The notes: generated by a model from the sequence alone, not told the origin. A stretch of 64,000 nt of DNA from Patescibacteria group bacterium (GCA_041649135.1 JBAZNQ010000001.1:32559-96558); one strand, 5' to 3'. Positions 50,498 through 60,562 are shown, counted from the stretch's first letter. Numbers and translations: made by a program.

Positions 50498-51289
50498 ATG
50501 GACAACGATTTACAAAAACCATCACAGGACGATCGATCAGAGCTCGACAATGTTGTTTCAGCCGAGGAAACCGTCGAAACTCCAGAAGAAAGTTCAGCCG
50601 AAGCCGAAGTTGAGGCTGAAGCCGGTACTGGTGAATTAGCCGAAGTTGAAGAGTCAATCGAACAGGCTGCTTTGCCGGTTGAGGAGATTGAAGAAGAAAT
50701 TGAAGAAAAGACTGACGAAGAACCAACCGCCGAAGCTCTAACCGCCGCCTCTCTAGCTCAAAAATGGCCGGGACAGTGGTATGTCCTTCATACCTATTCT
50801 GGCTATGAAGATGCAGTATCGGAGAGTTTGAAACAAAGAATTTCCTCTCTAGACATGCAAGACAAGATCTTTGATGTTTTGGTTCCAAAGGAAAATCAGA
50901 TTGAGATCAAGAACGGCAAACGCAAGATCGTTGAAAAGAAGATGTTCCCCGGTTACGTCTTAGTAAATATGAATGTAACAGAAGACTCTTGGTATGTTGT
51001 CCGCAACACTCCTAACGTTACTGGTTTTATTGGTTCCGGTACTGTGCCAGTCCCAGTTGCCGAACACGAACTCAAGGGTATCTTCAAACGGATGGATGTC
51101 GAAGAACCAAAATATAAGATCGATGTTAATATCGGTGATCTCGTCCACATCAAAGACGGTCCATTCAAAAATTACGACGGTTCAGTTGCTGAAATTGACG
51201 AAGAGAAAGGTAAGATCAAAGTCTTGGTTTCCATCTTTGGCCGCGAAACCCCCGTCGAACTAGATTTCTTACAGATCAAAAAAGCATGA
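50498..51289 (+). CDS. nusG: Transcription termination/antitermination factor NusG with ~85-aa acidic N-terminal extension
   Basis: NGN and KOW domains (WYVLHTYSGYE; GDLVHIKDGPFKNYDGSVAEI). Confidence 0.9.
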   Translation: MDNDLQKPSQDDRSELDNVVSAEETVETPEESSAEAEVEAEAGTGELAEVEESIEQAALPVEEIEEEIEEKTDEEPTAEALTAASLAQKWPGQWYVLHTYSGYEDAVSESLKQRISSLDMQDKIFDVLVPKENQIEIKNGKRKIVEKKMFPGYVLVNMNVTEDSWYVVRNTPNVTGFIGSGTVPVPVAEHELKGIFKRMDVEEPKYKIDVNIGDLVHIKDGPFKNYDGSVAEIDEEKGKIKVLVSIFGRETPVELDFLQIKKA

Positions 51290-51331
51290 TAGTTCAATAG
51301 ACTAATAGACCAATAGACGAATTGATGGAGA

Positions 51332-51697
51332 ATGTTCAAGTTTGAAAAACTAAATGTGTGGCAGTCTGCTCGAATTTTCATTCAGACAATATATAAACTT
51401 AGTCAGCAATTCCCATCGAGTGAATTATACGGGTTAACATCACAAATTCGTCGTGCAGCCGTATCAGTAGCACTGAATATCGCCGAGGGTTGTAATTCAG
51501 GTTCTAACAAAGAGTTTAATCGGTTTCTCTATCTGTCTTCTCGTTCCCTTGACGAAGTTATTAGCTGCCTGTACCTTGCAATGGACCTAGAATACATTCA
51601 AAAGACAGATTTTGATGTCATCTATCAAGCTGCCGAAAATCTCGGCAAACAAATATCTGGTTTAAAAAGGTTCCTAGCCCAATCCGTCAGTCTATAA
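51332..51697 (+). CDS. Four-helix-bundle protein (TIGR02436; 23S rRNA intervening-sequence protein family)
   Basis: MFKFEKLNVWQSARIFIQTIYKLSQQFPSSELYGLTSQIRRAAVSVALNIAEG. Confidence 0.7.
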   Translation: MFKFEKLNVWQSARIFIQTIYKLSQQFPSSELYGLTSQIRRAAVSVALNIAEGCNSGSNKEFNRFLYLSSRSLDEVISCLYLAMDLEYIQKTDFDVIYQAAENLGKQISGLKRFLAQSVSL

Positions 51698-51729
51698 ATC
51701 TATCTATCTACTAATCTATTAATCTACTT

Positions 51730-51912
51730 ATGCCTGCTAAAGCCAAAATCACTAAAAAAGTCAAACGCCCCATCATCAAACTGATGTGTACTGAATGTAA
51801 ACAGGGTGTTTACTCTACTCGCAAGAATCCGACCAACACGCCGGATAGATTGGTCAGAAAGAAATTCTGCCGCATCTGCAAAAAAACCACCGAGCACAAA
51901 GAGACGAAATAG
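51730..51912 (+). CDS. rpmG: 50S ribosomal protein L33 (Cys4 zinc form)
   Basis: 60 aa; CTECKQ...CRICKK. Confidence 0.9.
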   Translation: MPAKAKITKKVKRPIIKLMCTECKQGVYSTRKNPTNTPDRLVRKKFCRICKKTTEHKETK

Positions 51913-51944
51913 TATCTAGCATTCAGTATCTAGCATCTAGCTCC

Positions 51945-52160
51945 GCGTCATTCCTGCGGAGGCAGGAATCCATTTTCTTTTTGTCATCCCGAGCGTAGTC
52001 GAGGGATCTAGCGTAGTGCTATCAAAAATCATCTTAAAACCCCGCTCCCTCTTCTTGTCATCCCCGCGCAGGCGGGGATCCACCCCGTTTTGTCATCCTG
52101 AACTCGTTTCAGGATCTAAAAATCACCTATCAAAACCCCGCTCCAGTAGCGGGGTTTATG
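51945..52160. repeat. Cluster of MITE-like GTCATYC hairpin elements plus a terminator-like hairpin (aaaaccccgctccagtagcggggttta)
   Basis: Repeats visible by eye. Confidence 0.55.
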
Positions 52161-52182
52161 GTAAAATACACCTGTACTATAT

Positions 52183-52256
52183 AGGGGCGTCGTTCAGTGG
52201 TAGGACGTGGGTCTCCAAAACCCAAGACGAGTGTCCGATTCACTCCGCCCCTGCCA
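52183..52256 (+). tRNA. tRNA-Trp (CCA). The T-loop reads UCCGAUU (C at position 55), which is non-canonical.
   Basis: Acceptor aggggcg/cgcccct; anticodon stem tgggt/accca, loop ctccaaa. Confidence 0.75.
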
Positions 52257-52299
52257 GCAAAATTATTCGCTTTCACAGTGGATTTTATTTTGATCCAAA

Positions 52300-52896
52300 G
52301 TGGAAGTTAGAACCGTAAGGCGATGTTATACTAAACTTGTGTATGATCAAGTTAAACAGTTTGTAGAAGAATCTTTTAGTGCTGGGGTTAATGAGAAGAG
52401 TATGAAGCACTTTGAGCAAACAGTTGCTTGGCTTAAACGTTTGAAACCCGATGCTGATGAGCCAATGTTAATTGCTGCCTATTCGCACGATATTGCCAGA
52501 GCATTGCGACAAGTAGATTCAAAAACCTTGTTTAAAAATAAAGAACTTAACGATCCCGAGGTGTTGAAAGAGCATCAAGAGCAGGGAGCCCAAATCATGG
52601 GAGAGTTTCTGAGGGATAATGATTACGACGAAGTGTCAGTCAAACGGGTAGAGAACATGATACGCCACCACGAAGAGGGTGGTGATGAGGAATCTAACCT
52701 TCTGATGGATGCTGACAGTCTGAGTTATTTGGAGGTTAATGCCAAAAAACATATTGGACTAATTGATGTTTGGGGAAAGGGAAAAGTTGAACGGAAAATT
52801 GATTGGATGTATAGCAGGATTTCTTCTGCTCGGGCTAAAGAATTTGCCCAGCCATATTACCAAGAAGTGAAGGACTTACTGAACAAGCATTTCTAA
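52300..52896 (+). CDS. HD-domain metal-dependent phosphohydrolase (cassette 1)
   Basis: H...HD motif (KHFEQT...LIAAYSHDIARAL). The stop TAA lies inside the att-like repeat core TTCTAAC. Confidence 0.6.
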   Translation: MEVRTVRRCYTKLVYDQVKQFVEESFSAGVNEKSMKHFEQTVAWLKRLKPDADEPMLIAAYSHDIARALRQVDSKTLFKNKELNDPEVLKEHQEQGAQIMGEFLRDNDYDEVSVKRVENMIRHHEEGGDEESNLLMDADSLSYLEVNAKKHIGLIDVWGKGKVERKIDWMYSRISSARAKEFAQPYYQEVKDLLNKHF

Positions 52897-52969
52897 CTTC
52901 CTCCACCACGGTCTGCCAGTTATTTTATTCGCTCCCAGAGCGGATTATTGTCGGTAGTATAATACAAAC

Positions 52970-53533
52970 ATGGAAAAGCTAACTTTTATTACTGGCAATC
53001 CAGCCAAGGCAAAATATCTCGGTGACTACTTTCATTTTCCAGTTGATCACCTCAAATTAGATTTGCCAGAGATTCAGTCTACGGATTTACAAACAATCGT
53101 TGAAGACAAGGTCAAACGAGCTTTTGCCATTACAAGTACGCCCGTAATAGTTGAGGATGTCTCTCTGATATTTCACGGGATGAAAGCACTCCCTGGTCCA
53201 CTCATTAAATGGTTTCTTGAAACTTTGGGGAATAACGGACTATGTAAATTGGTGGATGGTTTAAATAACCGCAAAGCAACAGCCAAAGTAATGTTCGCAA
53301 TTTGTGATGAGTCAGGTGTTCATACCTTTGCTGGTTCAATGGAAGGCTCTATCTCCGAGTTGCCAAGAGGGGAGATGGGTTTTGGCTGGGATCCGATTTT
53401 TATACCCGACGGTTATGACAAAACTTGGGCGGAAATGACCGATGACGAAAAACACGCTGTCTCCATGCGGAAACAAGCGTTGGAGCAAATGTCAGAGTTC
53501 TTGTCCAAACAAAACGTAATGGTTAATGGATAA
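52970..53533 (+). CDS. Non-canonical purine NTP pyrophosphatase (Ham1/RdgB/ITPase family) (cassette 2)
   Basis: MEKLTFITGNPAKAKYL...GFGWDPIF. Confidence 0.75.
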   Translation: MEKLTFITGNPAKAKYLGDYFHFPVDHLKLDLPEIQSTDLQTIVEDKVKRAFAITSTPVIVEDVSLIFHGMKALPGPLIKWFLETLGNNGLCKLVDGLNNRKATAKVMFAICDESGVHTFAGSMEGSISELPRGEMGFGWDPIFIPDGYDKTWAEMTDDEKHAVSMRKQALEQMSEFLSKQNVMVNG

Positions 53534-54020
53534 TCAGCATCCTCAAAAACAATTTATGGAAGCCGCTATAGCAGAGGCAACCGAAGCTCGCGATAACGGT
53601 GATTATGCCATCGGAGCGATTATTGTTCATGATGGTCAAGTTATTTCCAGAGCCACCAACCGATCTAAGGTCGACCAAGACGCAACCCAGCACGCCGAGA
53701 TAGTCGCAATTCGTCAGGCGTCGCAAATGCTCGGGTCTCGCTATTTGGAGGAGTGCATTTTGTACACTACCCACGAACCCTGCCCTATGTGTGCTGCCGC
53801 TGTTGTTTGGGCAAAAATGAGAGGTGTTGTATCGGGGGCTCGCATGGAAGACATGACGGACTATCGCATCAAGAATGGCAACGATGAATGGAAATGGCGG
53901 ACTATCAGCATTCCTGCCCGAGAGGTGTTAGCAAAAGGGGAACCAAAGGTTATGCTAATAGAGGAGTTTATGCGGGATGAGTGTAGGCAGCTGTTTCACG
54001 GTGCCGAATCAAATTCCTAA
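53526..54020 (+). CDS. CDA-fold zinc deaminase, TadA-like (tRNA adenosine or nucleoside deaminase) (cassette 2; overlaps the Ham1 gene by 8 nt)
   Basis: HAEIVAIRQA...THEPCPMCAAAVVWAKMRGVVSGA. Confidence 0.7.
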   Translation: MDNQHPQKQFMEAAIAEATEARDNGDYAIGAIIVHDGQVISRATNRSKVDQDATQHAEIVAIRQASQMLGSRYLEECILYTTHEPCPMCAAAVVWAKMRGVVSGARMEDMTDYRIKNGNDEWKWRTISIPAREVLAKGEPKVMLIEEFMRDECRQLFHGAESNS

Positions 54021-54074
54021 CTTCCTCCGCCACGGTTTCTGCCAACCGCTTATACTCTCTACAGATAAAAGATT

Positions 54075-54626
54075 ATGAAAAACGACATTAGACCCATATA
54101 TAGTGAGTTGCGAGGATATCTTAGTGTCGCTCCACTCGCAGATGGATACTTGTTTGGCAGCGAAGCTAATAGATTTAGTCATCAACTAAACGTCACCATC
54201 GATGAATTAAACGAGGCTACCAAGAGCAACTATGACAAATTTAAAGTGGTACTTGAACATGACAGCGGTAGCCCAGCCCTTATGATTAGTGATTACCGCA
54301 ATAGGTTGAGCGGTCTGATCTATAAGATCCAAGGAGAATATTTTGCAGATGAACAGCAGTCGGGAAGTGGGCCCAGTACTATTATTAATGCCAACCAAAG
54401 TCAGGCTCAAAGCCAACAGCAAAGCCTTATAGTCGACTTGGTTTTCTTTGTTGCTGAGAAAAAAGCGGAGTATCAGGATGGAACACCTGAGAAGACATTC
54501 CTAGATAAGTTTGGGGATGCGCTCAAAACGGCCAAGGGAGTTCAGGATATAATTCAGCTTATCTTCACTATAGCGAGTCAGGTTGGCCTTCAGTTGGAAC
54601 AGCTTAAGAACTTATTTGGGGGATAA
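54075..54626 (+). CDS. Hypothetical protein (cassette 3)
   Basis: 183-aa ORF with no recognisable motif. Confidence 0.4.
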   Translation: MKNDIRPIYSELRGYLSVAPLADGYLFGSEANRFSHQLNVTIDELNEATKSNYDKFKVVLEHDSGSPALMISDYRNRLSGLIYKIQGEYFADEQQSGSGPSTIINANQSQAQSQQQSLIVDLVFFVAEKKAEYQDGTPEKTFLDKFGDALKTAKGVQDIIQLIFTIASQVGLQLEQLKNLFGG

Positions 54627-54632
54627 TACGTA

Positions 54633-54974
54633 ATGGAAATTACCTACGAAGATTTTGAAAAAGTAGATATCCGACTTGGTCGGGTTATTGATGCTCAAGA
54701 TTATCCAGAAGCCAAAAAGCCTGCTTTCAAGTTGAAGATAGACTTTGGCCCAGAGATTGGCATCAAGAGTTCCAGCGTTCAAGCTGTCGGTGCTCACACT
54801 AAAGAAGAACTTAATGGCATGCTGGTTTGTTGTGTAGTTAATTTCCCACCTAAGCGAATTGGCGATTTCACATCCGAAGTACTGACTCTTGGTTTTAAGA
54901 ACGCTGACGGTATCGGCTGGGTACTGATTACTCCAGCCAAGCAGTCGGTTAATATCGGAGATAAACTTCAATAA
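54633..54974 (+). CDS. tRNA-binding domain protein (CsaA/Trbp111/EMAP-like OB fold) (cassette 3)
   Basis: DIRLGRVIDAQDYPEAKKPAFKLKIDFGPEIG... Confidence 0.65.
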   Translation: MEITYEDFEKVDIRLGRVIDAQDYPEAKKPAFKLKIDFGPEIGIKSSSVQAVGAHTKEELNGMLVCCVVNFPPKRIGDFTSEVLTLGFKNADGIGWVLITPAKQSVNIGDKLQ

Positions 54975-54975
54975 T

Positions 54976-55710
54976 ATGAATAAAATTGCATTAGTAACGG
55001 GCTCGTCTAAAGGTATTGGTATGGCAATTGCCATAGAACTATCATCCAGGGGATTTGATGTAATCATCAATAATAGTCACGAAAATGCTGAAGGCCAAGC
55101 CGTCGTTGATGAAATTAACCAACACGGTGGCAGAGCTGTCTATATGCCAGCCGATGTCTCTAATATTAATGATGTTATTAAACTCAAAACCGAAATCGAA
55201 GAACAGTTTGGACACCTAGACGTTCTTATCAATAATGCTGGAATCGTCAGAAAGGAATATCCAGGCCAAGCTAACTGGGAGGATTGGGATAGGGTGTTTG
55301 CTGTAAATGTGAGAGGTATGGCTCAATGTATCTATGAACTATCTCCAGTCATGCCCGAGGGTTCAGCGATAGTGAACATTGTATCTGTGTGGGGGCTTGA
55401 GCTCCCTGCATATGACGCCAACGCTTACGCTGCTTCTAAGGCAGCCGTAGTTAGTCTCACCAAGACCCTCGCTCTCCAGTTGGCTCCTAAGATTAGAGTC
55501 AATGCAGTAGCTCCTAGCGTCGTGGCAATTGAACAACCCCACGAAACTAATCCAGATACCGTTAAATGGGTGCAGGACAATATGCCCCTTGGACGCAAAG
55601 CCACACCTCAAGAGATTGCTAAATTAGTGGCTTTTTTGGTGTCAGATGATGCTAGCTTTATTATCGGTGATTGTATAAAAATTGACGGTGGATTAACTTT
55701 GAAGATCTAG
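54976..55710 (+). CDS. Short-chain dehydrogenase/reductase (FabG-like SDR) (cassette 3)
   Basis: TGSSKGIG Rossmann motif, NNAG, catalytic YAASK. Confidence 0.8.
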   Translation: MNKIALVTGSSKGIGMAIAIELSSRGFDVIINNSHENAEGQAVVDEINQHGGRAVYMPADVSNINDVIKLKTEIEEQFGHLDVLINNAGIVRKEYPGQANWEDWDRVFAVNVRGMAQCIYELSPVMPEGSAIVNIVSVWGLELPAYDANAYAASKAAVVSLTKTLALQLAPKIRVNAVAPSVVAIEQPHETNPDTVKWVQDNMPLGRKATPQEIAKLVAFLVSDDASFIIGDCIKIDGGLTLKI

Positions 55711-55875
55711 CTAACACACTGAGGCAATTGTTGCAGAATGACAGTTCTAACTTCCTCCACCACGGTCTGCCAGATAAATTATCCGCTATGACAGCGAATA
55801 TTTTTGTGTGGGCAACGCGTAGTTAGAACTTTGCCCAAGAAAAAAGCTCATTATTTACAGTCGCGAGCGAACGAC

Positions 55876-56841
55876 TTACCACCGCTTATAGAGAGCCCCC
55901 GTCTTTTGCAACAGCCAGAATGCTAACATTCCAGTCGCAAGAAAGAACGCTACTCCACCGAAGGTGGTGTTGAGCAATGGATGGGGATGAAACCACCATG
56001 TCATTACTGCGAGCAACAACCAGACATCGAACATGTGCTTTGATGTGCGGTGTTCATAGTCCATGTTCGAGTTCCAGAATCGAGCAGCTCCATGCACTAC
56101 GCCTCTAGTCATGCCCCATCCAAAAAACAAGAACAGTGGTAACAACATGTATGTCTCGTGCCATCTAGCCGAAAGCCACATGCCTATCACTGTTGGCCAC
56201 GGCATCAAGCAGGCAATCCAACATACGGCTCGAAACGCCTGAGGCTCGCCAACCAGTAGTGGCAGAGTACGCTTATTACCGTTTCTATCGGCTTCCATGT
56301 CTTCGATGTCCTTTAGCGTTTCGCGTATGACCAATGCCATTACAACGCTCAGGAATACACCTAACACTAGGGGCTTCGAAGAGCCTGCGACAGGGAACAG
56401 CATGAGTACTGGGCTGGAGGCTGTCACGGCTACCAGAACATTGTTGACTGGATACCAAGGTCGGATCCAGTTGTACAACCATATCCCTACACCGATTTGC
56501 GACAGCAAGAGGGATGACTGCCAAATGGCTAAACCTTGATTGTCTGAACGATGTAGAAACAACCAGCTGACAGCAATCACCACCAGAACACACCACTGTA
56601 TGACGGCAAGTTGGTATAGTTTGGCATGTTCGAGGTCGGTCATTTCTCGGCTTTTACCCCGATCCTCATTGCGGTCAAATAAATCGTTCCAGAGCATAGT
56701 CGCTCCACAAATCCATGCCTGAATAATGGCCAAGACCACAATTCCGACACCAAACTTGTAAAGCTGGACAGACATTCCGACCAACAGCCCTGCCGCTAGT
56801 AAGCTGACAGGCACTCTGTATCGTAAAAGTACATTCCGCAT
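55876..56841 (-). CDS. UbiA-family prenyltransferase, membrane (cassette 4, reverse orientation)
   Basis: NDLFDRNED (NDxxDxxxD), multiple TM segments. A strong SD aaggaggtg lies upstream on the minus strand. Confidence 0.65.
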   Translation of the reverse strand: MRNVLLRYRVPVSLLAAGLLVGMSVQLYKFGVGIVVLAIIQAWICGATMLWNDLFDRNEDRGKSREMTDLEHAKLYQLAVIQWCVLVVIAVSWLFLHRSDNQGLAIWQSSLLLSQIGVGIWLYNWIRPWYPVNNVLVAVTASSPVLMLFPVAGSSKPLVLGVFLSVVMALVIRETLKDIEDMEADRNGNKRTLPLLVGEPQAFRAVCWIACLMPWPTVIGMWLSARWHETYMLLPLFLFFGWGMTRGVVHGAARFWNSNMDYEHRTSKHMFDVWLLLAVMTWWFHPHPLLNTTFGGVAFFLATGMLAFWLLQKTGALYKRW

Positions 56842-56922
56842 TATTCACCTCCTTTACTGTATTTGCGGATGTTTCATTATATGGGCCGACGAGTAGATTA
56901 GTCCACAGGGATCGGTCAAGGG

Positions 56923-56951
56923 TTGACGCAACCCAGTTATCGTCCAATAAT
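56923..56951 (+). promoter_or_regulatory. Candidate sigma70 promoter TTGACG-17 nt-AATAAT for the 56985 gene
   Basis: Spacing and hexamers visible; SD aaaggagg before the ATG. Confidence 0.35.
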
Positions 56952-56984
56952 ACAGCCATTCAGTGACAACCAAAGGAGGTCAAA

Positions 56985-57377
56985 ATGTCGCTGTCACGCA
57001 CCTTGGCGGTCTTAGTGTATATTGCTCATCACCTCTGGGTCGGGGCAGCCATGCTGGCGTCCCTCACTTGGTTGGTGGATCACTTCAACTTGGTCTGGAT
57101 TAGTCCCCAGATTGTCAGCTTTGCGACTCGTTGGATGGCAAGTAGCATGGTGGTAATGATCATTGGTCCAGTGTTGTGTTGGGATGGGACATCTCACTAT
57201 CACTGTGCCCCACTATATTTACGCAGAGCCATTCAGGTCGCGTCTGGTGACAAAGTTGGGGGACTGTTTACCCCTCTTTTCAGCCATATACTTCCGTGGT
57301 CGGATGTCCACATAGCCTTAGCACTTAACCTATTCTTGTTAGGGGTGTGGCTCAGACTATTGTTGATAGAGCACTAA
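56985..57377 (+). CDS. Small membrane protein, hypothetical (cassette 4); followed by a terminator at 57398-57430
   Basis: 130 aa; 4 hydrophobic segments. Confidence 0.45.
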   Translation: MSLSRTLAVLVYIAHHLWVGAAMLASLTWLVDHFNLVWISPQIVSFATRWMASSMVVMIIGPVLCWDGTSHYHCAPLYLRRAIQVASGDKVGGLFTPLFSHILPWSDVHIALALNLFLLGVWLRLLLIEH

Positions 57378-57640
57378 GATGCAATTGTATTCGTCGCTTA
57401 CGGCCCCCATCTGGGGGCCTATCATTTTAATTTAATGGTAAACTTACAGGTATAGGACTGGTGGATTGGGTTAAAGCCGTTCTAACTTCCTCTACCAAGG
57501 TCTGCCAATAAAATTAACCGCTTTCATAACGGATTTTATTTTCAGCCACAGTAGAAGTTAGAACTTGAAGGTGTTACAATATCCCCATCAAACTAGAGGG
57601 GGCTAGCGCTCCTTCAAACCTCAACAAAGGAGGGTGGGCT

Positions 57641-58756
57641 ATGTACCACCACATCGAAAACGAACACTGCCCTATGTCGCACGGGTTTTGTTACCGCGAT
57701 GGAGTGCTGTATGTCACAGTTTTGGAAGCCTATCTTCCAGAACTACTAGAACGGCTACCTCAAGCGGTGGCCAATCTAGTATGCCGTCATCAGGACAAGC
57801 AACGGCTGGGAGAGTTCGGTGGGCTAGACGACTTAAATGGCTATCTCACGGAACCCGTCGGTGGCTATTGCGGTTTTGGCAGATTTGGCGAATCTCTGGC
57901 ATTCTTTCCATCTCCAGAATCTGGCTGGATTGAATTTCGCTACACTATACCAGGTAGTTATGAACAGGCTGTTCCTGGAATGGCGTCGCTGAACTTTTTG
58001 CTGTTCGTGCTGGCCTGGCTCACCAAGCCAGACGGTATTGCCTCGCCTCGAGGCAATCAGCTCGTAATCCGCGAGGGTGGTTCGTATAGCGTCGCGAAAG
58101 AGGTAGGCGATTGGCTTTGGTCGCAACCCATCGTCAATCTTCCCATCGCCCAAGCCATCGCTGAAGTCTATGCGTCTCTACATAGCCAGCTAACTCCCGA
58201 AGAGATTCACCTTGGCCTAGTTAGACCATCTGCCACAGACGTATTGTCTAAGCCTGGCGGTGCAACTGCCAATATCTACGGGCGGTCCATTCATCTTAAC
58301 TACCCTGGCGGTGCTGCCACTGGGCTAGATGCCGAGATGGCTCGCGAGAATCGGGGCTACCGCGTAGTGCCTCACAATGTTGATGTGCCCGCCCAAGATC
58401 TCGGGCTGTTGGTGGGGATGGCGAAGCTTCACGAACTGGTTGAAGCCGGTATCGATTCACAATGGATGAAGTACTACAGCATGTTCGCCACTCAAACCTT
58501 CGTTGAGCCTAACCCCGAAGAAATACCCATCAATCATCCCACCGAGGCTGGTGTCTACGAAGTCCGAGGCGAAGAGTACCTCACGATTGAGGTGTACCAA
58601 CACCCCGTTCTCGGACTTAGCGTCTGGTGCGAGGATGCCGATCGCGGAGTAAATGCGGATACCGAAGACGATGTAGCTGGCCATATCCGAGCCGATATGG
58701 CGGGCATCAACTTCGTGCGACGGCTACGCCCCCTGCAGTCAGGAGGACAAAACTAG
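57641..58756 (+). CDS. Hypothetical 371-aa protein, GC-rich (cassette 5), paralogous to 58996-59862
   Basis: SD aaggaggg. The C-terminal block VPHNVDVPAQDLGLLVGMAKLHELVEAG is shared with the next cassette. A terminator follows. Confidence 0.55.
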   Translation: MYHHIENEHCPMSHGFCYRDGVLYVTVLEAYLPELLERLPQAVANLVCRHQDKQRLGEFGGLDDLNGYLTEPVGGYCGFGRFGESLAFFPSPESGWIEFRYTIPGSYEQAVPGMASLNFLLFVLAWLTKPDGIASPRGNQLVIREGGSYSVAKEVGDWLWSQPIVNLPIAQAIAEVYASLHSQLTPEEIHLGLVRPSATDVLSKPGGATANIYGRSIHLNYPGGAATGLDAEMARENRGYRVVPHNVDVPAQDLGLLVGMAKLHELVEAGIDSQWMKYYSMFATQTFVEPNPEEIPINHPTEAGVYEVRGEEYLTIEVYQHPVLGLSVWCEDADRGVNADTEDDVAGHIRADMAGINFVRRLRPLQSGGQN

Positions 58757-58995
58757 AACCTACGGTCAGAATGCGACTGACTACCATCGGATGGCGAACC
58801 TACGGGTTCGCCTCCTTTAATTTAATGTTAAACTTACAGATATAGGGCAGGTGGACTGGATAAGAATTCTTCTAACTTCCTCCACCAAGGTCTGCCAATA
58901 AAATTAACCGCTTTCATAACGGATTTTATTTTCAGCCACAGTAGAAGTTAGAACTTGAAGGTGTTACAATATCCCCATCAAACTAGAGGGGGCTA

Positions 58996-59862
58996 GTGCT
59001 CCTTCAAACTCTGGAGTCTAACCACATGACAGATGATAATCTGAGCCTTTTTCACATCAGTCGTCAAAATTGCCCAGCGAATTATCGTCTGGCAATCGTG
59101 GACCCTAGGGTCATCACCGTGCTAGTCCACCGTAGCGTTTGGGAGTCGTTCTGCGAAGACACCAATCGTCGACATAATCCATTGTCACCCATGATAGGCG
59201 GCAATAATATCTTGGGCGAGGAAGTACCATTTATCGCCCCAGGAAGTATCAACGCGCCGTTTGGATATCATGACGGCGTGACGAGGATAGCCTCCGAGGA
59301 TCCACAGTGGGAAACCCTTTGTATTAAGCTGCCAATCGAGAAGAGTGCGAGTGGCGGGAAGGGTAACCACATGTTGGCTTTGGCCAACACTAGAGCAGTA
59401 CTGGTGTCCTTGATGGGGTCTCATTCGACCGCCCAAGAACCCCAGCTGTTGGCCATCTGGCAGATGTCGCTGTGGAACCCAGATTGCAGCATCGGCTGCA
59501 GGATGTCTCAAGCAATTGTTGCCTGGCTTACGGCTTTGACTGTAGAGCAAAGGGCCCGAATTGAAGCTGAAGTCTCGTTAGCGATGCGGACTGCTTTCAC
59601 AGTGATTCGCGACGGTGTCGTTTCACCGATCAGCAAGTCTGCTAGTGGTAAGGTCGGTATGCATCTATCTCATGGGGACAGTATATATTTGTACTGCTAT
59701 GGGACTAATTCTGGCTCTTTGGGCGCAGAATCCATCTCCAAGGCGATGTGTGGCGATCTCTTGCCACACAATATGGATAGCCCATACCAAGCGCTAGTCA
59801 CTGTCGCGGGGTTAGCCAAGCTGTACGAGATTGCCCGTGTGGCACTCTACCCATCAGAGTAG
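58996..59862 (+). CDS. Hypothetical 288-aa protein, GC-rich (cassette 6), paralog of 57641-58756
   Basis: Shared block LPHNMDSPYQALVTVAGLAKLYEIARVA. Terminator at 59883-59915. Confidence 0.5.
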   Translation: MLLQTLESNHMTDDNLSLFHISRQNCPANYRLAIVDPRVITVLVHRSVWESFCEDTNRRHNPLSPMIGGNNILGEEVPFIAPGSINAPFGYHDGVTRIASEDPQWETLCIKLPIEKSASGGKGNHMLALANTRAVLVSLMGSHSTAQEPQLLAIWQMSLWNPDCSIGCRMSQAIVAWLTALTVEQRARIEAEVSLAMRTAFTVIRDGVVSPISKSASGKVGMHLSHGDSIYLYCYGTNSGSLGAESISKAMCGDLLPHNMDSPYQALVTVAGLAKLYEIARVALYPSE

Positions 59863-60094
59863 GCCAAAACTGATCTCGAATTGGGCGGACATTCCCTTGT
59901 CCGCCCGCTTTTAATTTAATGGTAAACTTACAGGTGTGGGACTGGTGGATTGAGTCACAACCTTCCTAACTTCCTCCACTCTAGCCGCGTCCCACGACCA
60001 GCGGGCAGGCCACAATCTGCCAACCGCTACAATGGCAAAGCGACCGTAGCGTTTCAAAAATCCAAGATAAAACATTAATTCTTAACTAATCATT

Positions 60095-60562
60095 ATGTCG
60101 GATATTACATTCAAGAAAGTAACGATTGAAGATGTTGATAAACTTTTAGAGGTTGAAAAAACTGCCGTAAGTTCAAAAACATATTTTTCAATTACAGACA
60201 GGGAAGAGGCAAAAAAAGAAATCGAGAATAATGAAGTATATTTTATTATTAAGCATAATAAAATCGTTGGGACTACAGAATATCAAATCAAAAATCCCAA
60301 CCATGCATATCTTGGAGGACTTGTCATTATCCCGAGTTTTCAGGGGCAAGGTATTGCGCGCAAAGCGGCAGAATTTAAGCTCGAAAAGCTAAAGAATATA
60401 AAACGAATCGATCTTACAGCGCACCCTCGGAATAATAAGATAATTGTGCTTTATCTGTCGCTCGGATTCCATATTGAATCATGGAAAGATAATTATTTTG
60501 GAGATGGTGAGCCAAGATTAATACTGGCATTAAACAACTCACATTCTGATGAATGCGGATAA
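60095..60562 (+). CDS. GNAT family N-acetyltransferase (cassette 7, AT-rich)
   Basis: GGLVIIPSFQGQGIARKA acetyl-CoA binding motif. Confidence 0.65.
   Translation: MSDITFKKVTIEDVDKLLEVEKTAVSSKTYFSITDREEAKKEIENNEVYFIIKHNKIVGTTEYQIKNPNHAYLGGLVIIPSFQGQGIARKAAEFKLEKLKNIKRIDLTAHPRNNKIIVLYLSLGFHIESWKDNYFGDGEPRLILALNNSHSDECG

Noticed and set aside
57566-57590. TTGAAG…TACAAT inside the cassette repeats as a canonical -35/-10 promoter
   Set aside because: Spacing between the hexamers is only 4 nt. At most an extended -10 (TGtTACAAT) is plausible, so it is not annotated as a promoter feature.
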